Assembly (NCBI GenBank): GCA_900554365.1
Contig: USGY01000005.1
Span: forward strand, 3,720 to 67,719
Direction of reading: 5' to 3'
Source: an uncultured Clostridium sp.
Lineage (GTDB): Bacteria > Bacillota > Clostridia > TANB77 > CAG-508
DNA length: 64,000 nt
In this document: in pieces, positions 47,171 to 56,393 of the stretch
Layout: every line of letters starts with the position of its first letter
Position numbering within the stretch: the first letter of the stretch is position 1
The notes under the pieces: model-generated
Seen by the model: the letters and a program-made list of their open reading frames with translations, nothing else
Database searches by the model: none
What the model was told of the DNA's origin: nothing
Translations under genes and position numbers: made by a program

Positions 47171-48297
47171 TATGAATTTAATAATATATTACAAATATCA
47201 CTAGTAGAATTAGGCTTAGCTAATAATTTTGTGTTTTCTTTCATATTATGAAGTTTTACTGTATTAGATAATAAATTTTCTATAATTAATTTGGCGTTAT
47301 TATTTTTTCTTAACCAAACTGCTATTCCTTTATCTTCTAAAAATTCAGCATTTTCTTCTTCTTGACCGGGAATAGGATTTATAATAACCATAGGTAAATG
47401 TGAAGCTAAACTTTCAGATGTTGTTAGTCCACCTGGTTTTGTTACAACTAAATTAGAAATACTCATTAATTGAGGAACTTCATTTGTAAATTCTAGAATC
47501 TTAACATTTTGAGCTGAATTATTTTTTACTATTTCCTCAAAACTTTCTTTCATTTTTGGATTTTTTCCAGCAATAGCAATAATTTGAATTCTATCGTCTA
47601 AACTTTCTTTTACAAATATATCAAATATTTCTGCTGTTTTAGTTTTTCCTAGTCCAAATTCTCCACCACCAAAGAATAATATAGTGAATTTATCATCTGC
47701 TAGATTATATTTGTTTAAAATTTTTTCTTTATTATATTGTTTTAAAAATCTATTAGAAATTGGAATTCCGGTAACAAATACTTTTGTATCTGGAATATTT
47801 TTTGTTATTAAATATTTTTTCATTTTATCATTTGCTACAAAATAATAATCTGTAAAGTCATGACCCACAAGCCATTGATCATGAGGAGAAAAGTCAGTCA
47901 TAATTGTTGCAATTTTTGCAGTAATTTTATTTTTTCTTTTTAAATAACTACACATTTGGCTTCCAAAAGGATGTGTAGAAATTATTAAGTCAGGCTTTTT
48001 TTCTCGTAATAGTTTTAGAAGTTTTATAGCCATAATTTTATTTGATCTAGAAGATAGATGTGCCAAAGGACCTTTTTGTGAATCTGAATAAATTTTTCCC
48101 CAAGCCCAAGGCATTTTTTTTGCCATTTCTCTATATGCAGCTGTTGTTAATTTTTCAATAGCTTTATTTACGTATTTCATACAATCTATTAATTCAACAT
48201 CATAGTTTGGGTAATTATTTAAAATATATTCATTTATAGATTTTGCAGCATTTAAATGTCCACCACCGTATGATGCATAAAAAATTAAAATTTTCAT
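47170..48297 (-). CDS. Diacylglycerol glycosyltransferase (MGDG synthase/UgtP-like, GT28 family)
   Basis: MKILIFYASYGGGHLNAAKSI, then the MGDG_synth-like N-domain and a GT28 C-domain (TKPGGLTTSESLASHLPMVIINPIPGQEEENA). ATG 48297 follows AAGGAGA. The longest ORF starts at 48354. Confidence 0.7.
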   Translation of the reverse strand: MKILIFYASYGGGHLNAAKSINEYILNNYPNYDVELIDCMKYVNKAIEKLTTAAYREMAKKMPWAWGKIYSDSQKGPLAHLSSRSNKIMAIKLLKLLREKKPDLIISTHPFGSQMCSYLKRKNKITAKIATIMTDFSPHDQWLVGHDFTDYYFVANDKMKKYLITKNIPDTKVFVTGIPISNRFLKQYNKEKILNKYNLADDKFTILFFGGGEFGLGKTKTAEIFDIFVKESLDDRIQIIAIAGKNPKMKESFEEIVKNNSAQNVKILEFTNEVPQLMSISNLVVTKPGGLTTSESLASHLPMVIINPIPGQEEENAEFLEDKGIAVWLRKNNNAKLIIENLLSNTVKLHNMKENTKLLAKPNSTSDICNILLNS

Positions 48298-48415
48298 AAT
48301 TGTCTCCTTTTTAATGTTTTGTAGCATTTTATCACATAAATAAAAAAATTTCAAAGAATGGAATATTTTTATTAAATTTTATGCAAAATAAAATAAATAT
48401 GAAAAGGGTGATAAA

Positions 48416-48892
48416 TTGAAAAAGATTTTAAAAATTATATTTATATTTGTTTCGTTAATAGTTCTTTTAATAAGTATTGCTATATTAAGTAAAAATTCAA
48501 ATGAAGATATATCAACATATGCAGCTGGTTCAGGTAATCCTGATATTCAACTTATGGCAAGAGCGATAAATGGAGAAGCAAGAGGAGAACCATATGAAGG
48601 ACAAGTTGCTGTAGGAGCAGTTATTTTAAATAGGGTAAAAAGTCCCAATTTTCCAAATACGGTATCTGGAGTAATATATCAGTCAGGAGCATTTACAGCA
48701 GTTAGTGATGGTCAAATAAATGTGCCAATTTCTGAAAATTCATCTGTATACAAAGCTGCTAGAGATGCAATGAACGGATGGGATCCAACAGGTGGTTGTA
48801 TTTATTATTTTAATCCAGATACAGCAACTAATAAATGGATTTGGTCAAGACCATTGGTTAAAGTAATTGGAAAACATAGATTTTGCAAATAA
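48416..48892 (+). CDS. sleB: Spore cortex-lytic enzyme (SleB/CwlJ Hydrolase_2 family)
   Basis: Signal peptide, then ARAINGEARGEPYEGQVAVGAVILNRVKSPNFPNTVSGVIYQSGAFTAV. It is followed by ypeB. Confidence 0.8.
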   Translation: MKKILKIIFIFVSLIVLLISIAILSKNSNEDISTYAAGSGNPDIQLMARAINGEARGEPYEGQVAVGAVILNRVKSPNFPNTVSGVIYQSGAFTAVSDGQINVPISENSSVYKAARDAMNGWDPTGGCIYYFNPDTATNKWIWSRPLVKVIGKHRFCK

Positions 48893-48906
48893 TTAGGAGG
48901 AAAATA

Positions 48907-50280
48907 ATGAATAAATTAATTGATTGGAAAAACAGATTAAAAAAAGGGCATATGTTAAGTATAATTTGTGTTCTTTTGATAATTGTGGCTGTTTTAGGAA
49001 TTATTCTGTATAAAAAACAAACAGAATATAGACAAGCATCTGAAAATAGTTATAATTCGGCTTTTTTTGAATTAGTAGATTATGTTCAAAATGTAGAATC
49101 ATATTTGGCTAAATCAATGATATCTTCTACACCAGAACATGGAGCAGAAACACTTACGGAATTATGGCGTGAAGCAAACTTAGCTCAAGCATATTTAAGT
49201 AGATTGCCAATAGAGAGTCAAGAACTTTCAAATACTGAAAAATTCTTAAATCAAGTAAGTGATTATAGCTATAGTTTATCTAAAAAAAATATTTATAATG
49301 AAAAATTAACAGATGAAGATTTTAATAATTTAAAAGAATTACACACATATAGTTTAGAGCTTGAAAATACTTTAAATCAATTATCTGAAGATTTAAATAA
49401 TGGTAGAGTAGCATGGGGAGAATTAACTAAAAAAGGAACTGTTGCATTTGCTCAGCAGGTAGATAATATTTCAAAATCAAGTTTTAGTAATATGGAGCAG
49501 AATTTTCATGAATATTCAGGTTTGATTTATGATGGCGCATTTTCAGAACATTTAACTAATTCAGAGCCTAAAGGTTTAACAGGTGATGAAATTGACGAAG
49601 ATGTTGCCAAACAAAAAGCTGAAGAATTTGTTGGTTTTGAAAATATAAAAGAAACATCAAATTTAGGATATTTTGAAAACGCAACAATACCTTCATATGG
49701 ATTTTCTATAAAAAAAATAAATGGTCAAAATGTTAATATATCAATATCTAAAAAAGGTGGACATATTATATATATGAATGCCAATAGAGAAGTTAATAAT
49801 GAAATAATTAGCCAAGAAGATGCAGATAATAAAGCCAAAAGCTATTTAGATACTAAGGGATTTAACAATATGAAAGAAACTTATTATTTGAAACAAGATG
49901 GAATTGTTACAATAAATTATGCCTATAATCAAGATGGAGTAATAATGTATCCTGATTTAATAAAGGTAAAAGTTGCACTTGATAATGGAGAGATATTAGG
50001 ATTAGAATGTACAGGATATTTAAATAATCATACCCAAAGAGATGTTTCAAAAGTGAAAATAACTAAAGAAGATGCCAAAAAGAATTTAAATAAAAATCTA
50101 GAAATTATTGGTGAAAATATGGCCGTAATTCCAACAGAGTGGAAAACTGAAATTTTATGTTATGAATTTAAAGGAAAAGTAGATGAAAAAGAATTTTTAG
50201 TTTATATTAATGCTGAAAATGGAAAAGAAGAAGATATATTAGTTATAACTAATACTCCAAATGGAACACTTACCACATAA
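48907..50280 (+). CDS. ypeB: Germination protein YpeB
   Basis: N-terminal TM helix and a ~450-aa protein with PepSY-like C-terminal repeats. It sits directly downstream of sleB. AGGAGG RBS before ATG 48907. Confidence 0.75.
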   Translation: MNKLIDWKNRLKKGHMLSIICVLLIIVAVLGIILYKKQTEYRQASENSYNSAFFELVDYVQNVESYLAKSMISSTPEHGAETLTELWREANLAQAYLSRLPIESQELSNTEKFLNQVSDYSYSLSKKNIYNEKLTDEDFNNLKELHTYSLELENTLNQLSEDLNNGRVAWGELTKKGTVAFAQQVDNISKSSFSNMEQNFHEYSGLIYDGAFSEHLTNSEPKGLTGDEIDEDVAKQKAEEFVGFENIKETSNLGYFENATIPSYGFSIKKINGQNVNISISKKGGHIIYMNANREVNNEIISQEDADNKAKSYLDTKGFNNMKETYYLKQDGIVTINYAYNQDGVIMYPDLIKVKVALDNGEILGLECTGYLNNHTQRDVSKVKITKEDAKKNLNKNLEIIGENMAVIPTEWKTEILCYEFKGKVDEKEFLVYINAENGKEEDILVITNTPNGTLTT

Positions 50281-50286
50281 AAAATA

Positions 50287-50321
50287 GGATTTAAAACTTT
50301 TTAGTTTTAAATCCCTTTTTT
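50287..50321. terminator. Bidirectional terminator between ypeB and the vanW-like gene
   Basis: 12-bp stem ggatttaaaact / agttttaaatcc, then a T-run. Confidence 0.75.
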
Positions 50322-51919
50322 TAGTGTCTTTTATAAGTATCTTTAGATAAAAGCTGTGTGCTGATGGTTTTTCCATCTTTTTTTAATATTTTATAAGCTT
50401 CTGAATAAATTGCGGTAGATGTTCTTCCTGTTTCATATGATGAAATTTCTATATCACAATCATCATCTTGTTTTAATCCAAAAATTTGAAAATTAGCAAT
50501 TCCTCCAGAAACTGAGCAATTTATTTTTATTGGATAATTTCTATTGTTTTTAAATTTAAAATCTAATGAACCATATACAACAGTTGCATCTCTGCTGGCA
50601 CCTACATAAGATGGAACAAATTGATGGTTAGTTCTTTCAACAACATCTAGGTTTGCATATACAACGGCATTGTATAAGGTTGAAGTGATTTGGCAAATTC
50701 CTCCGCCTAATCCATCTACAACTTCTCCACTAACATAAATAGGTGCTTCTTTATAGCCAGCTGCGATTGTTCTAGCACCTACGACTTTGTTATAAGAAAA
50801 AGTTTCGCCAGGCATTAGTACAGTTCCATTTATTTTACTTGCTGCTAATTTTAAATTTGTTGTTCTAGCTGTTGCTCCGACTGAATATTTAGTTGAAAAA
50901 CTAGATAATAAGTCTGGAAAAGCTTCACTACCTATCATATTAGTAGTAACATTAGGATAAAGAACTTTTAAAGGTATAGTATATTCTTCTGCGTCTTGGC
51001 TTAAAATGTTTTTAGCTTCTTCTATAGAAACTTTAAAATCCAATCCATTTTCAGAAGGATAAACTGTGAATGGGTTTTGTGAATAATAAGCATCTTTAGG
51101 TTCTTTATAAATTTCATTATGTACTTTTTCAATATCAATTTTTTCTGGTTCTTGAGTTTTTACAGAAAGTTCTATAGGTTGGTCAAGATTATATAAATTT
51201 ACTAATGCTTTTTTTATATTTTTAATACTTGATTCAACATCAACAACATTTCCTGTTTTTCCAGAGGTAACAATCAAATTATTACCATCTATATAATAAC
51301 TGCTATCTTCAACTTTATCTGGTAATTGAGCACTCATTTCTGATAATGTTTTAGAAAGTTGTTCTTCATCGACTTTTACAGTAGGTTCTATATTTACTTT
51401 TCCAAATATTGTTGATAATACATAAAAATTATTTTGAAAAATATTACCTTGTCTTCCAACAGTATATGCTTTATTTACAGCAGATTTTATATCATATTCA
51501 GTAGAAATTTGTGATGTTGATAATGTAGCTTCAAAATCTCCGTGTTTAACTTTAATTTCTGCAGGTAATTTATCTTTTATATAATTTTCAACTTGATATT
51601 TTGCATCTGATTTACTTAAATTAGATACATCAACATCTTTAATATGTACACCTGAAACAATATTTTGATTTAATGCATTATATCCTGTAAAACCTATCAA
51701 TGCTACTAATATAATAATAATTAATATTCCTAAGATTATTCCTAAAATAGACATAATACTTTTTTTGGACTTTTCTATCTTTACAGGCTTAAAATCTGAA
51801 ATCGGATCAATATTAGATGTATTTTCTTCTTTTTGGGCATCCTCTAAAGATGTTGTTTCAATAGGTGTTTCAATGTTTTTTATAATTTCATCTTCAATAT
51901 TTTTTTCTTTAAGCTCCAT
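50321..51919 (-). CDS. VanW-family (YoaR-like) cell-wall-associated protein
   Basis: N-terminal TM helix and a C-terminal VanW domain with GGGICQITSTLYNAV. Confidence 0.75.
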   Translation of the reverse strand: MELKEKNIEDEIIKNIETPIETTSLEDAQKEENTSNIDPISDFKPVKIEKSKKSIMSILGIILGILIIIILVALIGFTGYNALNQNIVSGVHIKDVDVSNLSKSDAKYQVENYIKDKLPAEIKVKHGDFEATLSTSQISTEYDIKSAVNKAYTVGRQGNIFQNNFYVLSTIFGKVNIEPTVKVDEEQLSKTLSEMSAQLPDKVEDSSYYIDGNNLIVTSGKTGNVVDVESSIKNIKKALVNLYNLDQPIELSVKTQEPEKIDIEKVHNEIYKEPKDAYYSQNPFTVYPSENGLDFKVSIEEAKNILSQDAEEYTIPLKVLYPNVTTNMIGSEAFPDLLSSFSTKYSVGATARTTNLKLAASKINGTVLMPGETFSYNKVVGARTIAAGYKEAPIYVSGEVVDGLGGGICQITSTLYNAVVYANLDVVERTNHQFVPSYVGASRDATVVYGSLDFKFKNNRNYPIKINCSVSGGIANFQIFGLKQDDDCDIEISSYETGRTSTAIYSEAYKILKKDGKTISTQLLSKDTYKRH

Positions 51920-52109
51920 GTTATTCTCCTTTAAAATTTGTCTTTTTAATTATAACATAAAACTTTTATAAAAAACATAAAATTTTATAAAAATTTGTTG
52001 AAAACTATTGTAAAAGGTTGGATACTTTTTATTATTAAATTGTTGCAAAACTTATATAAAAGACATATAATTAAAAAAGAATTTTGTATTAATGAGAGGA
52101 AGTAAAATC

Positions 52110-53507
52110 ATGAAAGATTTAACAATAAAAAAAATCGTAGAAATTACAGGTGGAGAGCTGGTTACAGGAAATTTAGAAGATATATGTAAATCATATTCTA
52201 AAGATACAAGAACAATAAAGTCAGGAGATTGTTATATTGGAATAAAAGGAGAAAGTTTTGATGGAAACTGTTTTTGGGAAAAAGCTTTAGAAAATGGTGC
52301 TAATACAGTTATAGTTCAAAATATAGATTTTAATGAGGGTGATAAAGAAAAGTGGAAAAAGAAAAATATAATTAAAGTAAAAGATTCATTAGAAGCTTTA
52401 TATGCAATGGCAAGATATAAAAGAAGTTTATATGATGTTCCAGTTGTTGGAGTAACAGGAAGTGTTGGAAAAACAAGCACTAAAGATATGATTGCAAGTG
52501 TATTGTCAGAAAAATATAAGGTATTAAAAACACAAGGTAATAATAATAATAATATAGGGTTACCTTTTACAATATTAAGATTACAAGATGAAGAAGCAAT
52601 GGTAATAGAAATGGGAATGAATCATTTTGGAGAAATAAGTTTACTTACTTCAATTGCAAAACCTACAATATGTGTAATTACTAATATTGGTACATCACAT
52701 ATTGGAAATTTAGGATCAAGAGAAAATATTTTAAAAGCAAAATTAGAAATATTAGAGGGAAGTAAAAATCCAACAATTGTAATTAATAATGATAATGATT
52801 TACTACATAAATGGTACATTGAAAATAAAGATAAATATAATATAAAAACATATGGAATTAATGAACCAAGTATGATAAACGCTAAAAATATAAAATTAAA
52901 ACAAGAATCAAGTGATTTTGAATGTGAACTAAATGGAAAAAATGAAAAAATAACAGTAAATGTTAGTGGTGAGCATTTTGTATTAAATTCATTGTGTGCA
53001 TTATCAGTTGGTTCAATCTTGAATATAGAAAATAATAAATTGGTAGATGGTGTAGAACATTTTGAATTAACAAAAAAAAGAATGGATATATATGATTTAA
53101 AAAATAATATAAAAATAATAAACGATGCTTATAATGCAAGTTTGGAATCAATGAGAGCAGCTTTAAAAGTATTATCTGAATTTAAAGAAAATAGAAAAAT
53201 AGCTGTGTTAGGAGATATGTTTGAATTAGGTGATTTTTCTACAGATCTTCATAAAAAAGTTGGAGAAGAAGTTGCTAAAAATAAAATAGATATTTTAATT
53301 GCAAGTGGAGAATATTCAAAAAATATTGTTGAAGAAGCAAAAAAAGGATTAAAAGAAGAAAATATATATTATGTTCAAGATAGCAAAAAAATAGTTAAAC
53401 TATTAAAAGAGATAGTAAAACCAGGAGATGTAATTTTATTTAAAGCATCAAATGGAATGAGATTTTATAAAATAGCAGAAGGGTTGGTAGAGTTATGGAA
53501 AAAATAA
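52110..53507 (+). CDS. murF: UDP-N-acetylmuramoyl-tripeptide--D-alanyl-D-alanine ligase MurF
   Basis: Mur ligase P-loop VGVTGSVGKTSTKDM. It sits directly upstream of and overlapping ddl. Confidence 0.9.
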   Translation: MKDLTIKKIVEITGGELVTGNLEDICKSYSKDTRTIKSGDCYIGIKGESFDGNCFWEKALENGANTVIVQNIDFNEGDKEKWKKKNIIKVKDSLEALYAMARYKRSLYDVPVVGVTGSVGKTSTKDMIASVLSEKYKVLKTQGNNNNNIGLPFTILRLQDEEAMVIEMGMNHFGEISLLTSIAKPTICVITNIGTSHIGNLGSRENILKAKLEILEGSKNPTIVINNDNDLLHKWYIENKDKYNIKTYGINEPSMINAKNIKLKQESSDFECELNGKNEKITVNVSGEHFVLNSLCALSVGSILNIENNKLVDGVEHFELTKKRMDIYDLKNNIKIINDAYNASLESMRAALKVLSEFKENRKIAVLGDMFELGDFSTDLHKKVGEEVAKNKIDILIASGEYSKNIVEEAKKGLKEENIYYVQDSKKIVKLLKEIVKPGDVILFKASNGMRFYKIAEGLVELWKK

Positions 53508-54544
53508 AATTAGGTGTTATTTTTGGTGGAATGTCAACAGAAAATGAAGTTTCTATTGTTTCTGCAAGTTATGTATTAAGTAATTTAAACAAGGATAAAT
53601 ATGATATTTATCCAATATATATTGATAAAAATGGAAACTGGTGGGAATATAAAGAAGAATTTCAACCAAGAGAATTTGGAAAAGAAATTAATAAAAAAGA
53701 AAAAATAGAAAATGTATTTAATTATTTAAAAAAATTAAATGTTATTTTCCCAGTATTGCATGGATTATATGGTGAAGATGGAACAATTCAAGGATTATTT
53801 GAATTGTTAAAAATCCCATATGTAGGATGCCATGTATTAGCTTCAAGTGTTGGAATGGATAAAGTTTATGCAAAAATTATATTTGAAAAGGCAGGATTAA
53901 ATCAAACAAAAAGCAAATATCTTAGAAAATTTGGAGATAAATATATTTTAGTAGATGATAATTTTAATGAAACTATAATGGAAGATAAAGAAGTAGCTAA
54001 AAAAATTGCTAAAGAAATAAAATTCCCTATGTTTGTAAAACCATCAAATTCAGGATCAAGCGTAGGAGTAAAAAAAGCTACAAACGAAGATGAATTGGTA
54101 TTTGCAATAAATTATGCTTCAAAATATGATAAAAAAATATTAGTTGAAGAGGGAATAGATGGTAGAGAAATAGAATGTGCTGTACTTGGAAATGAAGATG
54201 TTATTGCTTCTGGTGTAGGAGAAATAAAGTCAGCAGAAGAGTTTTATACATATGATTCTAAGTATAATAATGTAGAATCAAAAACTGATATTCCTGCAAA
54301 TATCTCAAAAGATATTTCAGAAGAAGTAAGAAAATTAGCAATAAAAGCCTTTAAAGCAATAGATGGAAAAGGACTATCAAGAGTTGATTTCTTTGTAGAA
54401 AAAGGAACAAATAAAATTTATATTAACGAAATAAATACTTTGCCAGGATTTACAAGCATAAGTATGTATCCAAAATTGTGGGAAGAAAGTGGAATAAAAT
54501 ATAAAGATTTGCTAGACAAATTAATAGAATTAGCAATGAATTAA
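53495..54544 (+). CDS. ddl: D-alanine--D-alanine ligase
   Basis: KLGVIFGGMSTENEVSIVSA, the ATP-grasp FVKPSNSGSSVGV and the C-terminal EINTLPGFTSISMYPKLW. Confidence 0.93.
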   Translation: MEKIKLGVIFGGMSTENEVSIVSASYVLSNLNKDKYDIYPIYIDKNGNWWEYKEEFQPREFGKEINKKEKIENVFNYLKKLNVIFPVLHGLYGEDGTIQGLFELLKIPYVGCHVLASSVGMDKVYAKIIFEKAGLNQTKSKYLRKFGDKYILVDDNFNETIMEDKEVAKKIAKEIKFPMFVKPSNSGSSVGVKKATNEDELVFAINYASKYDKKILVEEGIDGREIECAVLGNEDVIASGVGEIKSAEEFYTYDSKYNNVESKTDIPANISKDISEEVRKLAIKAFKAIDGKGLSRVDFFVEKGTNKIYINEINTLPGFTSISMYPKLWEESGIKYKDLLDKLIELAMN

Positions 54545-54617
54545 AAGTGAAAAAACTATGGATTTTTAAAAAAAATTATGATAAAATGTGCTTACCTAAT
54601 TTGGGAGGATGTTAAAA

Positions 54618-55490
54618 ATGGTTGTAAAAAATTACTATAAAATATTGGACTTAGAAACTAGCAGAGTTTCTATAGATGAAATAAAAGTTGCATACAGACA
54701 GGCTGCTAAAAAATATCATCCTGATTTAAATGTGGGAGATAGCTTGGCAGAAGAAAAAATAAAAGATATAAATGAAGCATATAAAGTATTATCAGTACCA
54801 TCATCAAAAAGAAAATATGACAGAATGTGGAATTCAAAATTTGGTAAAGGACAAAAAGCTTTTACAAAATCTCAAAAAGGTGCAATTATAGATATGTTTT
54901 TAGGAAATGTAGAACCATCAGAAAAAGAAACAACAGAAAAGAAAGCATTACCTGTAAAAGGAGATAATATTGATACAAAAATAGATGTGAACATATATGA
55001 TGCTTTTTATGGATTAGATAAACAAATTGCATTAAAAACAGTTGATGGAAATTTAAAAACTTATATAGTAAAAATACCTAAAGGAATTCAAAATGGTGAA
55101 AAAATAAGATTAATAGGTCAAGGAAAACCAGGAAAAAATGGTGGAAAAAATGGTGATTTATTAATTGAAATACGTATACAAGGAGATAGTAAATTTAGAT
55201 TAGATGGATTTAATATAAATACAGATTTATTTATAACACCTTGGGAAGCAGCTTTAGGAGTAAGAACATCTGTAAAATCTATTGATGATGAAGCTAAAGT
55301 TTATATACCAGAAGGAACACAAAGTGGAGAAAAAATACGTATACCAAATAAAGGATACTATATAAATAAAGATGAAAGAGGAGACTTGGTGGCTGAAGTT
55401 AAAGTTGTAGTACCAAAACATATAACTGAAAAAGAAAAAAAAATATACAAAGAATTAAGCAAAATATCTAATTTCAATCCAAGAGCTTAA
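54618..55490 (+). CDS. CbpA-like J-domain co-chaperone (J domain plus DnaJ C-terminal domains, no Zn finger)
   Basis: NYYKILDLETSRVSIDEIKVAYRQAAKKYHPD, then DnaJ_C-type beta domains (GDLLIEIRIQGDSKFRLDG). GGGAGG RBS before ATG 54618. Confidence 0.8.
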   Translation: MVVKNYYKILDLETSRVSIDEIKVAYRQAAKKYHPDLNVGDSLAEEKIKDINEAYKVLSVPSSKRKYDRMWNSKFGKGQKAFTKSQKGAIIDMFLGNVEPSEKETTEKKALPVKGDNIDTKIDVNIYDAFYGLDKQIALKTVDGNLKTYIVKIPKGIQNGEKIRLIGQGKPGKNGGKNGDLLIEIRIQGDSKFRLDGFNINTDLFITPWEAALGVRTSVKSIDDEAKVYIPEGTQSGEKIRIPNKGYYINKDERGDLVAEVKVVVPKHITEKEKKIYKELSKISNFNPRA

Positions 55491-55510
55491 CGGATTTACA
55501 TAATTATTTG

Positions 55511-55539
55511 TTGACAATTTGTTGAATTTTAGCTATAAT
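55511..55539 (+). promoter_or_regulatory. Perfect consensus sigma-A promoter for the coupling-protein operon
   Basis: TTGACA (55511-55516), exactly 17 nt, TATAAT (55534-55539). Confidence 0.7.
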
Positions 55540-55602
55540 TATAAGTGGTTATGTAACAAATGATAAACTATGGATTTGATACATAGAAATGAGGTGTAAA
55601 AA

Positions 55603-56118
55603 ATGAATGCAATAGAAGGAAAGCATTTTAGTATTACAGACCCTGAAGGGATAAAAACTGTTATATATCAAGTTAATAAAACTAAAAAAGAATATTTAAA
55701 GCAATATCCTAAATATACAGTTGAAAGGCTTGACTATACAGAAGAAATTATAGGAAATTATAATAAAAAGACTTTTTATGTTGAAGATCCACAAAAAGAC
55801 GGAAATCAATTGGTAATTTTATCTTTTGGACATGATAAAGTTGTTATTAATAATGGAATTTTACTAAACGATGAAGTAAAAATAACAAAAAAGCCAACTC
55901 CGTTTAAGTTTAATACAATTTATTCAGAAAAACCTATGGAATATAAGGAATTTCAATATACACCAAATTTAAAGAGACCAATATCTATTATAGACCCAGA
56001 AACTACAGAAGAGATAAAACCTGTGCTTTATTATGATGAAAAAACAAATGAAGTAAAAGGAAAATGTAAATTAAAGCCAAATAAATCTTATTTTGCGTTT
56101 GAAATAAGAGATGAATAG
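55603..56118 (+). CDS. Hypothetical protein (171 aa), first gene of the coupling-protein operon
   Basis: GAGGTG RBS. The product is soluble and K/E/Y-rich. No recognisable motif. Confidence 0.55.
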   Translation: MNAIEGKHFSITDPEGIKTVIYQVNKTKKEYLKQYPKYTVERLDYTEEIIGNYNKKTFYVEDPQKDGNQLVILSFGHDKVVINNGILLNDEVKITKKPTPFKFNTIYSEKPMEYKEFQYTPNLKRPISIIDPETTEEIKPVLYYDEKTNEVKGKCKLKPNKSYFAFEIRDE

Positions 56119-56131
56119 GGAGGAATTGCGA

Positions 56132-56371
56132 ATGGCTCATAAAAAAGAAGATTACGTGGACAAACCGGCCGGAAAGGATGATGATTTTTCAGTTTTAGTA
56201 GCATCAATTGAGTTGCATGAACTTGATAAAGGTAAAGAACAAGTAAGAACAACAAAAAATACTAAAACAGAAGTACAAAATGCTACAAAAAGAGAAATAA
56301 TAAGTACAGAATTAGCAGAAGGTGTTCGTATAGCAGTTCATGATAATGTAAAAGAAGAAAAAGATAGATAA
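56132..56371 (+). CDS. Hypothetical small acidic/basic protein (79 aa)
   Basis: GGGAGG RBS 7 nt before ATG 56132 (the longest ORF starts at 56111). No recognisable motif. Confidence 0.5.
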   Translation: MAHKKEDYVDKPAGKDDDFSVLVASIELHELDKGKEQVRTTKNTKTEVQNATKREIISTELAEGVRIAVHDNVKEEKDR

Positions 56372-56393
56372 TACAAAAGAGTAGGTGAATTGT

